DNA of 64,000 bases from Trichoplax adhaerens (GCF_000150275.1 NW_002060943.1:1173830-1237829); one strand, 5' to 3'. Numbered from the stretch's first letter, positions 28,157 to 43,700 are shown. Translations and numbers: made by a program. The notes: generated from the letters alone by a model not told the origin.

Positions 28157-28740
28157 CCGTCTTATATATTTACATCAGCATCAACATTTACCCATCTCAA
28201 TTTTTAAAGTTGTCCATATCTTATTGTATTACTAATTTCTTCGATAATGGAGTAAACAGAGACTCTAAGCAAAATGTAATCTTACTATCTTGCTATTGTT
28301 CTATCTTCATTTCATTCTATGCATGAAAGAGTAGTAGCAGTTTAAATTTATTGTTATAACTAGCTCATTTTGGCGTTTATTTATTCATTCTCGTATTTCA
28401 TCCATATATAATGGAACGATAAGAAGCTAGTACTTATTATTTCCAGCTCAGTTTGTGATTACTTATTTCCAAGTTCATTTGCCTCTATACTTTTAGCTCA
28501 TCCAATTCATGGCAGAGCTACAGTAGTTTCTTAAATTAATTTTATCTAACTTGTTTTGGTACTATTTCCTTAGCTCGATCCATCCATGATTGATAAAAAG
28601 GACATTGAAATAATAATATGCATATCAGTCTTATATTATCCATAACGACAATAACACATTCGCAAATTTATCATCGCCAATTAATTATTTTTCTGGTTAC
28701 ACTATTCCATGCATAATAATTAACAAGGAGTTGAAATATA

Positions 28741-29229
28741 TTGGAAAGAGTGAGTCTTGCTCATCACACCGATAGAATATTTAAAATTCGTCAATTTATT
28801 ATATTATTTGTGTTTGGCATCATTTCTTCAGCTGATGGCGTTTATAATGGAAATCTTCAGGAATTGAGAAAATTATATAATTTAACTCATATTGGGATAG
28901 TTTCTTCTACATATTCCACCTATAACGGACTATTAAAGATTAAGAATTATTCAATTCCCATGGAAGTAACTGGTGTAACTTTATTTCCACTGCTTATTTT
29001 ATCTCGATGGAGAAGTAATATATCAATAAAGATTGCTACATTTTATACATTTGGCAATGTCTCTTTAGCTCAGTTTGTACTTGATGACCCAACAAGAGAT
29101 TCATATTATACATTATACGCTTATGCATATTTGGCACATTTTATTACTATTTTCTCAGCTTGTTCCACTCTTGTTGAACTTAAAACAAATCAGATTTATA
29201 ATTCAAATTTCTTAGTTAACCCAAGATAG
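28741..29229 (+). other. Unassigned 162-codon hydrophobic open frame (TTG start), possibly a decayed gene
   Basis: Unusually long stop-free frame for AT-rich intergenic DNA. No recognisable domain. Confidence 0.2.
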
Positions 29230-32200
29230 ATATTAAAATTAATTAAAAGCTGATATTGAACAACTTATTAACCCACATTGGAAATTTATTAATCCATGGC
29301 TGTTGGATGCATATAGATTCGTGTAAATTGAAGCTAGATCTTGGAGATATAAAGAAATCAAATATGCTTAATTCTCAATAGCGTAAAATATGAAATACGC
29401 AAGTTGGAGATTTTTACTCAACTGTTTGCAGCGGCATCGATGGAATTACTATTCAATGACATTAATTCTACATGGTGGATAGAGCTACGTATAATTTTTC
29501 TAGCTGGTATAGAACGATAGGAAATATTTACCTAGAGCAAGAATTAGATAGGGTAGTCTTAGCATCATATTTAAATTTTTGAGTTTAAAAATTATTAAAT
29601 ATGACCCTATATGGATATGCAATAGGCCGATACCCTTTTAATTGTATTATAGGTTATTCATTTATTAATATCTTGATTATAGCATTAATTTCTGAATACG
29701 ATATAAATTATTTAGTATTGCCGTTTGATGTGATTTAATGTTTATTCTCTTTTGGCTTCCTTTCCAATTTTGCCAATTGAATATTGCTTGATGTATTGTA
29801 AAAGATACGGCCACTAATTAGATTTGCTGACTATTCTCCTTTTTACTGAAAGTATAGGAGTAGCAATTATATTAAACTAATGGTAAAGGTAAAATCGCCT
29901 TACCGATATCGTAATTACTATTTTGATTCAGTTCATGCTCATTTATTGAAAATTTATTGCCTAATTCAGACTATTCTAAACCAGTTCTTGCCAATTAGGC
30001 TTGAGTGTTGTTTGTTGAAAATATGTTCTTGCATGTTTCTCAGATTACTTTGGTTCGTTTTGATTATTATCTTAATATTGTAATAGTATGTTGTAGAATA
30101 GAAATAATTTCTTGCCTTATCATCTTTAAGGTACGAAATTGTGGATACGACAAAATGACTATTTATAGAATCGTGTATACTGTAGTAGCAGTAGCATGTC
30201 CGTTAATAAATTGGCATGTACCAATTTCGAATAAAGCTACTAAGCTGATGGTATTTACTATAAGATAAAAATTTCGTTTGATTTTTCCTCTTTTTCTTTC
30301 TTGACCTTTACATTTGATTCTAACTTTAAGCATATTTCAATGCATTTGAAAATAAATAAGAAGTATAATATTCGAAGAAGTTGAATTCTTTGTGTAATAA
30401 TACAAAAGAACGTACTCATTTAACTGAGTGTTTCTGTCTTGAATTGGATATAAATTGGATACTATCCGTCTCGCGATAATGCTTATGATGGTAATAGTTC
30501 TGATAGATATAACCGACCTCAAGATATTATCAATAATGTACGTAAAGGCAGTATCTATAACACTCTAATTGCCGCTGATTCATATAGCAAATAAGACTAT
30601 CAGCTTATGTCAGAATAATAATGAGATAAATTTTAGACTTCACGATCAATTAGTTTAACAGGTCCGTTTAGTGATGCATGGAATATGAGGCATGAGACAT
30701 TAATTGGCTGCCTATATGAAACTCATTAAGAAAGAAATAGATGGTATTACTGTAATGTATGATAGTCAGTGCTTCCGTCAAGGTAATAAGGGACAGTCTA
30801 TCTATTCGAAGGGTTTACAATCAGGAATGAAAAGATTACGATTTCATAAACAATTATTTGGAAGGCTTTGGTATGTACAGGATAATCATGAAGAGTATTA
30901 ATTGAGCATAATGAGTTAGTAACGGAAATTATAATGTTGGAGTCTTTAATACGTACGGTGTATAGATTAAACTATAAATTTGTTTGGAAGCCCACAAAAC
31001 TGAATAGATTTCCATTTATATCACTGATAGAACTTGATGACAAATCTTAGTGATTACGCAGATTTTAAATTCTAATCAATGATGTCATAATCTAAGGTAG
31101 CAAAGGTTGGCGGTATGTAGCTTCGCTTCTAATAAATCAACCCTAATGCATTTGTGTATTTACAGTATATTATCGGATTCCAACAGGATCGCAAAATGTC
31201 AAGTCGGTAATCACCTCCCAGATAAGAAGACTATTTTATTCTAATTGGTAGCTTAAAAAATAATCAAATAAACACGAGAAAATTCAATTGGTAATAATAA
31301 TAAATAATCAAGAAAAATAAATAATACTGAGCGTAACCATGTAATTGAGAATTTCTTAATACGTATTTACTACACTTGATCAGTAAAGATGAGCTGAATT
31401 TTATTTGAAATGCACGAACTTAGTCTGGCTAAGCTAGTCTATCTAGAGTTTACTTATTTATCTTATTTCGATGAATTTTTTCAATCAATCTACCCATTAT
31501 TCCTTCAGCTAATTATGTACTATCGCTAAATATACATTTTTAATCGAAATCTATTAGTTGTAAATTTATGTTCAGGATTATGAAGATCTCCTTTAATTCG
31601 CCCTACATTAGCACATGTCTCATTCTATTGCAGTTCTTCTTCATGTAATCATACTGGTATTAAAAGGCTTGTCTAAAACATATCTGCTTTCAAATTTAAA
31701 AATTCTGAGTTCATTCTAAGCCTATCTATGCCTCATGTATTTCCGCTGATGCAATGCTACTCTTTTCTAACACTTAAAAGTATAATTTGTTCATGTAAAG
31801 TAATCTAATCAAGAAATCTTATCTGAAGTAAATAAATATGTGGACATCTGGTTGTAGAATGTCACTTAATTAGTCTTATATCGATTTTTTATTAGCTATT
31901 TAATTAACAAGATATTAAAACTTGCTCCTTTTCTCTTGCAGTAAACAATCTGTTCTACTGAAGCAAATGCAACGGAAATAAATCTTATCATACTTTAGCA
32001 CTGCATGAATTCTCATCAGATCAGGTCAATAAGGTCCATATCTCGCGTAATTATGCTGATGATAATATATCACCAATTGGATGTATACGTAATCTGAGAG
32101 AAGCCGATCTAGATTGAATATGTATGGCAAGCAAGAATCTAAGCCACTTTATCCTATACTGATCCATATCTGGTCCATTTCAGTGGGTTCAATACAAACA

Positions 32201-33470
32201 CCTGTAGTATTTACTTTACATAGAGTCTGATCAAAAAGGTCGATTTGAAGTTAGTGTATAGTAGGATTAGGGAATTTGACCTATTATATGCAGACTTGTG
32301 TCTTATCCATTTACATTGATTAAATGCTATCGTCTATCTAAGGTATGATAACCTATCTATGCTTATGGAAATAGCTTATCTGAAACATATCTGCTTCAGA
32401 ATTATACGAAACTTAGCCAATGTATTCTCTACGATAAATACTTCGTCCCTTGAAGTTAACATATCTCCAATGTAAATGCGAATCTGTTCCGAAAATCTGT
32501 CTAACATTAATACATTCAGGATCGCTAAGACTTTAGTAAATTTAGAGAATATTATTCTATATCTAAGCATTCTCACCTACTTACGTTTGATTTAATAAAA
32601 TTTTCTATCGCATGCGCATGTAATCAGATTGCTAAAATGCTTCAGATAGGTCTATCTAATGCTTGAAAAAGTACAAACAAGATGATAATATGCGAATTAA
32701 CACTATAGTCATATAGTGTTACTGACACTACTAGAAGATATTTCATATCCACCTGGAGTAAGATATTAATCTTTTCAATAAGTTCACATCGTAGCCGATT
32801 TTAAGATGTTCCGATGAATGAATTTATTTTGTAAACGATAATCATCCTAGTTGGTATAGATAAATAATCACAAAGAAATCCCAGCTTGAAATGTTTTCCA
32901 ATTAATTCAAGAAAATGGGTGGTAGCAATTTCTTATATCAATGCGACTTGCTGTATAAAATAATATGCTAATCAATATTCACAGTAATAATAAGGAATTT
33001 ATTACCATTAGAAAATGATTATTTTCTAGGATAATTAGGCGGCAGGATTTTAATGTTCTGTTCATTGGATTGAATGCTACCATGGTGGTGCTTGGTACGC
33101 CTGTGCTGATATATGGATGATTTCATTAAGGATCATTCTATGATTGAACCTTTAATAATTTTCTGAAGGAATAATTATTTTCATTTCATCGCCTGCAATA
33201 CTTTGCTTAAAAAGTAAGAAAAATTCTCTTTCAATTGTTGGTGCGACTAACTAGCCTTTAAAATATGAATAATGCAAAACTAATATCTTTGTTTAATAGA
33301 TTTTTTGATAAAGCGTTTACTTCCTTGATTCGTTCCATCACAAGTGTTGCAAGAAATTCTATCTGCAAACTGATTGTAGTGTGGTAGCGATCCATCGATC
33401 CTTTCCTTTCGTAGAATTTCCATGATAGAATCAGTTTTTGTTACTCTTGACTTAATTACTGGCAATCTTC

Positions 33471-36400
33471 ATGATGAAATTGCAATCTAAATGGGTATTT
33501 AAGGCATTGATTTTATCCTGGACAATTTTTATTCATCTCCAACTTACATTAGGCCAAAAGCCTATTCCACTTGCCGTTTTTGCACCGCAAACGCAAGCTG
33601 AATATGATGTCCATGATACAGACATCGGTGGAGAAAGCCATGATTCCGATGTTGATGCCCGTGTTGGGGATGTTGAACAGCTTCTTCAGGGAATTCGATT
33701 AGCTGTTCAGGATATTAACGGCAGGTCTGATCTTCTGCCTGGCCATCAATTAAAATTATTAACTAAAGACACGAAAGTAAGTTCTACTCATCTGTAATCC
33801 GTGATAACAAGCCATAGCATCCCCAACAACTGAAAATATAATCCAAACTAACTTTCATAGATGACATCAGCTAATTGACGCTAACGAATAGATGTTGAAT
33901 GTCCTAAATTAATTATGTATAAAGCATTTCTTACGGAAATGATAAAAGGAGTTAATGTCCAAATGAATTTAGATAAGTTTATACCATATCATAGTACAAG
34001 TTAGCCTAGATAAATATTAGATCTGGCAAACTAATATCTACTCTTAGCTAGGCTATAGAAACTTAGTGGGCTTATAAACTCATAATATAAATACAATTAC
34101 AAAGAAAAAGAATGAATTGATGATATAAAATGCTAGACTTACGCCACAGAGTGATTGATAAAATATAATTGTAATTACAGTCATTAGTCTGACATAAGTC
34201 ATTACATCAATTCACGAAACTTTAAGCATTTCATAACTTAAGATTTGAATCCCTTGAATATTTGTAGTCTTTATGAAAAAGTTTATGTAATGGAAATTAT
34301 AGGATGCTAGTCTAAGATTATTCGTAGCCACAAAATTGATCATTAGTATAAAGCGATAATTTACAAGTAATCTCAAGCAATGCCAAGGTAGTTTTGTACT
34401 ATTTGTTAGTCACTGCTCAGAAATCTTAATCACTTCACAGTTTACATTCTCAATGCAATTGATATTCGTGAGCATCCAAAGAAAATTATAATGTAGGAGG
34501 AAATGTTCGTCAGTATGCATTAAATGCCGGTGCAATCGTTAGATTGAAATGATATTTGCTTGAATGTGTCTTAATACCAAAGGAATTGAGTCTTGGCTAT
34601 TTAAGACGTACAAAAAAATGCATGTAATCTGATTTCTTTTTGATGCAATCTTCCATTTTCAGTAAAATGAATTGAAAATAATTTAAATTTTTACTGAAAT
34701 ATTCAATCATAATTGCTTCGTTAGATATAGACTTTTGAATAATGATTACTACTTTTTCTGTGTCATATTGGATAGTGTAACATTGGCTATGCTACCAAAG
34801 AACTCTTTGAAATAGTACAACCCAACGAACAGCCATGTTTTATGCTAATTGGTGCCGACTGCGATAAAGTTACTCAACAAATTGCCACCGTATCCAAATT
34901 TTGGAATCTGTTAACAGTAAGCGCAATCTTTAATAGCGATATATTGTACAGTAGTTATTGTGGTACAAATGGCGTAACGGCTGTATATATTAAATGCGCT
35001 AATATTTCACTCGACGTAACCTTGATTGAATTAAGAGGTCATAAACTTTAAGCTTTAAACTTTTAGACTTCAAAGTGATATCTGAGTCTGCTTTAATAGG
35101 GATAGAATTTATACACTTTTAGTGCTATACAGTACTTTAAAACGTCTTTTCGATATCTTGTACCATTTATTTTCACTAGTGTATAGGTTTTACACAACAT
35201 CAGCTTTTTATGACGAGATTTATAGGCATTAGGAGCTAGCCAGTATTGTATAAATAAGTCTATTTAGACGACTTTTGGAATTGAGATCAAAGGCAAAGTT
35301 TCGATAGAAGTTTAAAAGATTAGTTAACGATGAAATTTTTGTAGTATTTTCATGCTTATCTACATAATTTAGGTTTCTTATGGCTCTACTACGCCATCAC
35401 TGTCCAATCGCCTTCATTACAATTACTTCTTTCGGACTATACCTACCGATTCATTATACTACAGAGCCTATCTGGCTATTCTGCGGCAATTCAACTGGAC
35501 AAGAGTTAGTATTTTACAAGAACAGTATGATCAAACTGTAAGTGAAATAAGTAGCTTGACAACATCTAGTAGGACTTGATCAACTTCATGCTCAACTTAA
35601 TAATATCTTGCTTTACGGATTTAGGTTGCCGATCGCTTTCGATATACATTAACGACAAACAATATTCATGTACAAGATTTCGTTACTTTCGGTAAAGATG
35701 CTGATGCAAGTTTCCAACAATTAAAAGTAAATGTCTTATAGATGCATTTAAGTAGATTGAAGTCGAAATTTAATTACGATGGTTCCGTATAAAGATATTA
35801 AAGTCCATCACCTATATTATTTAATATTGCTTGTACTTTTAATTCTCGTGCTAATTAATTTAGGCGTCAGGATCTAGGATAATCTTGGCCCATTTTGATG
35901 ACCATACTCAACAAACTATCTTATGCGCAGTAAATATACGATGAGCTTTTAAATATATAAAAATTGAGTAAACATTAAGCCGATTTATTGATCTTTTATG
36001 GCACCTATATCTTATTGCAGTATTTATTTCAGAGGTTTCAATATTTCTGGTTGCTTAAAAATATTTTATCTTATAAATATCTTATTTTATCCTGCTATAT
36101 CTAATTTATCTTAATTTAATATTAACTAAATTGATATTAAATCATCAAAGCTACTAGATTTACCACCAATTTTTTGTATTCTAGATTTACCGATATGGTT
36201 TATATGGGAAAAATTACGCTTGGCTATTTACACCGCATAAATATATTATACATAAATCTGAAGAGCGAACTCCTCATAATTGTACAGATTCGCAGTTATC
36301 TAAGGCAATGGAAGGAGTTATCGTCCTAGAATATCACCCCGTTAGTCCTTTCGATACGCTTACCATTACAGGAACGGTGTGTTAAGACTAAATTATTTCT

Positions 36401-39400
36401 ACCTATATGATTTTTAAATATCAGAACTCTAGTACGAAATTAAAATAATCTATCGTGTATCTTTGCTTATCTATGTTTATCGATGTTATCCCTAATTCAA
36501 TGATCTCCAGGAATAATTAGAATCATTGAAATCGTTCAGTTTTTGTGGTTACGTTATAAATACGAATTTTATGAGCTTATTTACTTTGCAAACTTAAATG
36601 CTCAATGAATGAGCTTTAATATTAATACGCATATAATATTGAATACGTACAGCTTAATGATAATAATAGTAATTGGTGATTTGCTGCTTACATTATTAAT
36701 TAAAAAATCTTAGAAAGTTTCTCAGCTGTCTAAACGCGTGCTCGATGTAACCAAGGCCGAGAATCTCCAAAATCGCATTCCTTATGGCTATGATAGTATC
36801 TGGGCAGCAGCACTAGCATTGAATACAACTCGCCAATTTTATATGAAAAATAATGGAGAAGATATTTTGCAAACATTTAATTACAATCGTCAAGATATTC
36901 GTCGAAAATTGATGGAATATATGCAAACAATTTCCTTTACCGGATTATCGGTTAGACTGATTGTCAATTTAAATAAAATCTGTTTGTATTTTAAAATCTG
37001 AATCTCACATAATAGAGCGGTTAATCTGTAAAGTGCTTTAGCAGTTACTGAAAGTGCTTCCTTGAATTTCGGAACAATGTCCTTATTTGATCTTTTTATA
37101 GGGTCCTGTAGGATTTACTAACGATGGCGATCGTAAAGGCTTAGTTATGATAGGACAAATGCAGAATAATAAAAGTGTTATTGTTGGCTACTATAATGAT
37201 ATGGAGAATCAAATTACCACCAATGGCTATACTCCATTTAAATGGCAAGGTAAAGTAAATAATACAAGTCAGGCAGTTTTTGATGCGGCTACACCTTATC
37301 CTGTGCAATTTGCTTTTACATTAATATCTAGGAGGGAAACCACCTGCAGATAAACCAGCCCAAATTACTAGAAAAAGAATGGTAGGATTTAATCTCTATT
37401 TTGGCACGTGTCTTGCAGCAGGGTCTGCAGCTGGTATCACTTTATTTTTCTTACTAGTTAATACAATCTTTCAGAATCATAGGTAAGTTATATATAAACT
37501 GGTGACTAGCTGCTAAAATGACTGTGAAATAAGCATTATCAAGAGCTTGGGTAATTATAATAGCTAACCAATTAATCTGTTGCTGCAGGTACATTAGATT
37601 AACAAATCCTGGAATCAATAATGTTTTACTCTTTGGTATTCTCATCAGTTATGCTACCATTCCCCTATTGGAAATTAATTACTTTGGCGATAGATCCAGT
37701 AATTTTCTCAATATGCTGTGCTTGGTAAGATAAAATTACTTAATGCAACTTATTTTCCAGCTCCAATGTCATGAATACAGTATACTCCCCTGGTCCCCTT
37801 ACTTAATTTTCACGATTATCTTGACTACTCTACCTCCACAATGATTTAGATGTTCTAGTTATAATCGTTTGTGTTGAACATTTTTACGGTAAAAACGTTC
37901 ACGATTTTGTAACGGAAGATATAACAGATTTAAGTGTTGCTTAAGTTGACGAGGAACAATAAATTTGCAAATGCGTCAGTCTATACTAATAGCTACAACT
38001 GTTTTCTTTTAGTTACGATATTGGGTCTTGTTGATGGGTGCAATAATACCCTACTCTGTTATGGTAGCTAAAATGTGGCGAACCTATGCAGTGGTAACTA
38101 ATATTGTTCGAGCTGGAAAGGTAATCTTATTTTATTCTTCTTGACTTCATTCCCAAAAATACAAAATAAAGTGTCAATCGATCCGTCACTGGCAGTATAG
38201 GATGTCATGACAAAATAACGAGGGCATACGCTATTTGAATCTTATAATGATAGCGATCGTCAGCATTACTTTCTATACTAACATTATCGTAAATAGTCTA
38301 TTTTATCCAATTCTAAAACTTAGGACACGTACGAAGTTGCCATGGCGATAGTGATGACTGTTATTATAGCTATTCCTGCAGCTATACTGCTGCTATGGAA
38401 TATCGTAGATCCCGTTCATATACAAGACAGAATAGGAAAAATTAGGGTTAGTTCATTTAATATTATGCATATAATCATATCTTCTATTTCTCATTTACCT
38501 GTAATCAGATTTACTTTATTCTTGGTGCCATATACCTCCAAATGTGTATATTATCTTAAAAAATTTATAGTTGTATATCAGTATAATTTCTTCAGAGACA
38601 GCAGTATAAACTATTTCGTGAGTGAAGACTTATTTTTTGTATGTTGTAATAAGAATTAGACAGATTTTAATGCTTTAGCATTATAACTTGAGGACTATTA
38701 TGATATGATAAAATAGAGGACTTCAGTATCGTGTAAAGTTGTGTACAACAGGAAATTCGATATTTAATATAGTCCAGAAGATTATTAGAATATAATGAAA
38801 TAATGAACTATTCAATGAGATAAAAACTGATTTTTCCATTTTTTTGAGATATTATTGTCTTGGTTTAACAGTATTTCATGTTATTTTGACGTGCTATAGG
38901 TCTTTACGGTTTAGTAAATTATAAGCGAATTCGTATAGTCCGTAGGATATAATGCATTTGTTTAATAAAAGAGAATAATTATTATTTATCCCTGAAAAGA
39001 AAATCTGTAACATTTTATAGATGATTTACTTAATCTTTAACTGACTTTAACTAATTTAATTCAAAAATTCTCTCATGTATAATAGGATGACGATGGTAAT
39101 GAAATACTTTCACATCGCTTGGCTTGTAGCTGCCAGTCTTATCAATACTTTTTGGGATCGATTTACGGCTATTTTACTTTATTAGTTTTATGTGGGCTAT
39201 ATTTAGCCAAAGAGACCCATCAAATATCCTCAGTTATCTTAACTGATGCTAAATGGATTAGCATTAGTGCTGTCAATTATGCATTATACGTTGCTGCAGC
39301 ACCAATTGGATTTTTTGCTGGCCTAAACAGTCCTGATGTCAATTTTGCCATCTTGAGTTTAGCCATTATTTATGTTTCCACCAGTGCTGTCTTAATTATT

Positions 39401-40761
39401 TTTGTTCCTGCTGTGAGTAGATTATGTAATATATCCAATACTTTGTGTAAATTTATTACCTGAATCGATCGATTCTGTATTTCTAAAAGCTGAACATCAT
39501 GATTTTATCACCTGTAGATGATTGCAGTTTGCAAATATCGATCATTAACCATCACCGAAGTTGCTGGATTTGCCAATAGCGATCGATCTGAAGCGAATAA
39601 AATTATATCACTTGGCATTGAGAATATTAGCTTACAGCAACGTCTGAATGCGGTACTAACTTAGATTAATGATAATTAAAGGAATACATTTAGAAGTAGA
39701 TATAGATCTTAACAGAATAGTTCTACATTCCATCATAGAGGTTCTGATGCCTTGAAAGTATTTTATTACAGATTTATAGAATAAATATACTCAGTATTAT
39801 TATGCTAGTAATCCAGATTAGATTATTAATAAAATCTTTTACTCTTCTATAGCAAGACGCTGAGATCGATAAATTAAAAACTAAAATCTTACAAACAAGA
39901 AAATCAAGAGGAGAGGAGAGTAAATTTTATATACCTAAAAAGCACTATTGTAAAATATCATCAATAACATTAGGTGGAACGCAAACCTCGGTCATTAATT
40001 CATATCAAAATAGTCAAGAAGGTCCATCATTATCCTCTTCTACTGTTAAAGAGGAATCTAGTCATCAACAATCCACCGATCAGCCTATAGCTGAAGCTCA
40101 AACTGTACTCACTGCAAATAATGATCAAAACCAAGAAGGTGAAAGCATTGAGATGAAAGATCTTTTCTCGCAACCAACACAAGAAGTTGTTGCTGTTATT
40201 GAATCCAATAGCTTTTCTAGACATAGTGAAAGTAATATTTCGTTTTCAGAAGAAGTTGCACCGGTAATACTGCGGGTCAGCGATGATGAAAAAGAACCCT
40301 CAGTGCCAGATAGGTATAGCTTACTAAGGAATGAAGACCTACTAAATAAAATTATAGTCATCGATTCCAAAGATGGCAATGATGATGTACAAGAAGAGAC
40401 AGATGAAGAAGCCCAAATGACAACCGATAATGAACAAACTACTTCACATGATGGCAATTTTACAGATGACGATGATTGTTTTGATCATATAAGAAGTAAC
40501 AATTCAGAACAAGTATTTGATGAGGAAGAGCAAAAGGTTGCTGTAGAAGATAAGAAAGAACTATCTAATACTAATCCAAGCGACCAGCAGCAATTATCTG
40601 ATACTACTGCAAATAATCTGCAGCAATCATCAGAGGCTAATCCGAGTGATCAGGAGGCATCATCTTATACTCGATCAAATGATCAGCAGCAGCCTGTAAA
40701 TGGTAGAACAAGGACATTATCTTATATTAATGAAGATGGATTTATTACGTCTGATGTTTAA
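33471..40761 (+). CDS. GABA-B-type class C GPCR (Venus flytrap + 7TM, no Cys-rich domain), 15 exons
   Basis: Exons 33471-33776, 34776-34916, 35373-35537, 35625-35726, 35864-35929, 36185-36376, 36714-36950, 37102-37249, 37332-37482, 37589-37724, 38013-38120, 38324-38446, 39086-39412, 39518-39652, 39853-40761, all in frame. Motifs: signal peptide, LAVQDINGRSDLLPG, VSYGSTTPSLSNR...FFRTIP, GYDSIWAAALALN, WQGGKPPAD, YIRLTNPGINN, AKMWR, DP, GLYLAKET, then a coiled coil. Confidence 0.9.
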
Positions 40762-43700
40762 CCACTTTATAACCATAGCGATATGCCGTAACCGATGAAA
40801 CGCTAAAGTCTATAATTTCATCTGTGTTATTAATGGTGAATATTTTTAATTCCAGTATTGCATGATGTTTAGATGTAATTCAACACGTAAATAATATTAG
40901 AGGGAATAAATTTTCAAATTTTCTGTCGCCGAAGCTTTATGTTTCAGTAAATGCAAATCGTTACAATTAAAGACGGGTTAAAAGGCTGCCGTGGCATAGG
41001 CTTAAAATATTTTTAGAGATAAAATGACAGCGATATATCAGGGATAGATGATGAGGCATGGGTGATTCTCGTAGCTCTTATTCTAATGGCATTGAATAAA
41101 GTAAAAAATTCTAGAGGTTATAATCTCATTGACAAGGAAACGGAAATTAGAATATGGTTATTGTAATACTGTATAATGTAATAAACTGGCGAATTTATAA
41201 GCTTTTGAATCATAAATGCGTAAAAAATATAGTTTTAGGCAGTCAACCTCATACAACACCAGATAGGCTTACATTTGTAGTAATCAATAAAGGAAAAATA
41301 AGCAAAATCACTGTTAAGATTGGAAGAAAGACGTCAACGGTGAAAGAAAGGAATATTAATTTTTGGACCCTTGTTTTAAAAGAATAGAAGCCTAAAAAGA
41401 ATTTTCTTCGTTAAATCAGCGAGTCTGATTGGGAGTAGAAGAGAATTTAAATGTGATCTAGGAATAATAAAAGATTAATCTCTGCTTCTTTTGCAATTTA
41501 TTTTAACATCACGAGGAATATCGTTACGGTTTATAGTTTCGCTGGTTTCATTAGTTAAGGAAGTAGATTTAAATAATACTTATAGAAATTTGAGAAATAG
41601 ATAATAAGATTTCTAATAAAAAGAATCATTTTACTACTTATATTAATTAAGTGATTGTAGCTAATGCTTCAAATTTTTAGCAATCTAATTATGATAGATC
41701 ACTGTCATTGTGATATTTAAATACACAAATTTTTACCAAAGTGCCAATTCTTATATACTGAAATGCATCTATTGCAATGATCTGATTGTAAAGAAGACGC
41801 AAAATATAGTCGAATTTTTATCTTACATTAGCTACGTTTAGTTAGCATTTTGCTAGTTCATGGCTGATCGTAGAAAAATTTTTTCATTTTTCCAAGATTT
41901 GATTTTTTGTATTTTAAGACCTTGTCGCACTAAGTTAGATACAAAGTTCAATGTATACGCAGTACTGCCATTAATACTACTCAACTGATTGCCTTTACTT
42001 CGAACTTTAGCTATTAAACCATGAAATGCAGGCATTCAATGGGCCTACAATTTTCAAAATTATGTCAATTAAATCAACCTTGTCAGCAATATGCTGTGAT
42101 CGCTATTCTATCGGTTACAGTAAATTGCTGTGATGCTAAATAACGGGCTTACGGTAGACCAAATGGATGGAGGGCTTACTTGAATAAAAATAGTAAATCG
42201 AACGAGATCTATCTCATATGGAAATGTATTGAAACTTTCCCTTATTAACATTATCTTATCCCTCATTCAGAGCGGTTAGGAAATGATTTTGTAAGGATAT
42301 ACGTTACCTTGTCTTCCTAAAAAATGAAATAGATGATATTCGTAGCATTGAATAAGCAAATGTAAGAGGTTTTAGTTGGCATTATTATCTACAAGGTTAG
42401 ATGTCCGTGTCTAGTAAGTAGCCTAAAAGAAACCTTATATGATAAAATACACTAATTACTGTATAGTCACTTCGCTTATGATGCAACTTTAATGGATAAG
42501 ATGTTGATTCTTATCAAGGTTGGAATGAATATCTCTATATTCAATAATTAATCGATATAATTTTCTTAGGCTCTGAGATTTAATTTACATGTAGCTATAG
42601 TTAAGCTTCCTTAACATACTTTATGTATCACCATTACACATCCATTTTCAGTTGTTTTTCACTAAGAAATGAAAACACTGAGGAAATATCGTTATTTATT
42701 TATCTAGACCAAAAGTTACAAATAGAAGGAAGGCGAAATCAACAGGTAATCATAGCCCACTAACCCTGTTGTTAAGTTCCGATGTTTTCATGATTCGATC
42801 TGCTCTCTAGAATTGTATATGAGTACATATACGTGTATATATATAATTCATTATTCGTATGCTAGGAGTACTAAATTCGTATGAATCCAATGTTTAGAAA
42901 CTTTGACATCGTAATTTAACTTCAGTAATTATTTTTAAATGATCCTAACTAACGGAGTTGAGTAGCTTTCTTCTACACGCTACAGCATATAACAATCGCT
43001 GGTTTTTGCAGATCATTTATCGAGTAGTATATAGAAAGGTTCCAAAATTTGTCTTCTGTACCGAAGTTAGGATATTTATAATCAGATTGTCCATTCAGAA
43101 GACTTTGTATATTCATGAATTTTGAATTTAATATTCACAAAATCATTACTCCAGTTCTTAAAATTAGAGGAGAAGACATGAAATAGTATCGCAAAATATA
43201 GATTCCTTTATTCAAATCATAATTAAGAAATAACAATCTGACATCTAATGTTACATCTGAATTCAAAAATTCTTTATGGACATCCATGATTATTTAACAA
43301 ATAACAAAGTTGATACAGCCAGTAAATTATTATCATCGGTAGAAATGAAACATTCTAATTTTCAACCCTTTGGGTTAAATGAATCAATACAATATAGTAA
43401 CGTCACGTATACTTCTCTACCCATAAGCATACAAATACGCATTTAAGTCAAATTGGTTATGTAACTATTATGGAATAAAGATAGAATAAATAAGAATGCA
43501 ACTAGCTACAGTCCAGTTTCTACCTATCGGTTTCTTGAGATCTATGGTATAAAGTGACAATTTTAAATTGCCTTCATTTGAGTACCATTATATTTTGAGA
43601 AATTTGGGTTACAATTTACTAAGTAAAATGGTCTCCTGTGGTTGGATTTCACCGTCCACCATTTGATGGCTTGATGTCAGTTATTCCAACCATACAATTT

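Noticed and set aside
31670-32670. Dispersed short repeats (tct.aaacatatctgctt, cctatctatgc)
   Set aside because: Too short and irregular to define an element.
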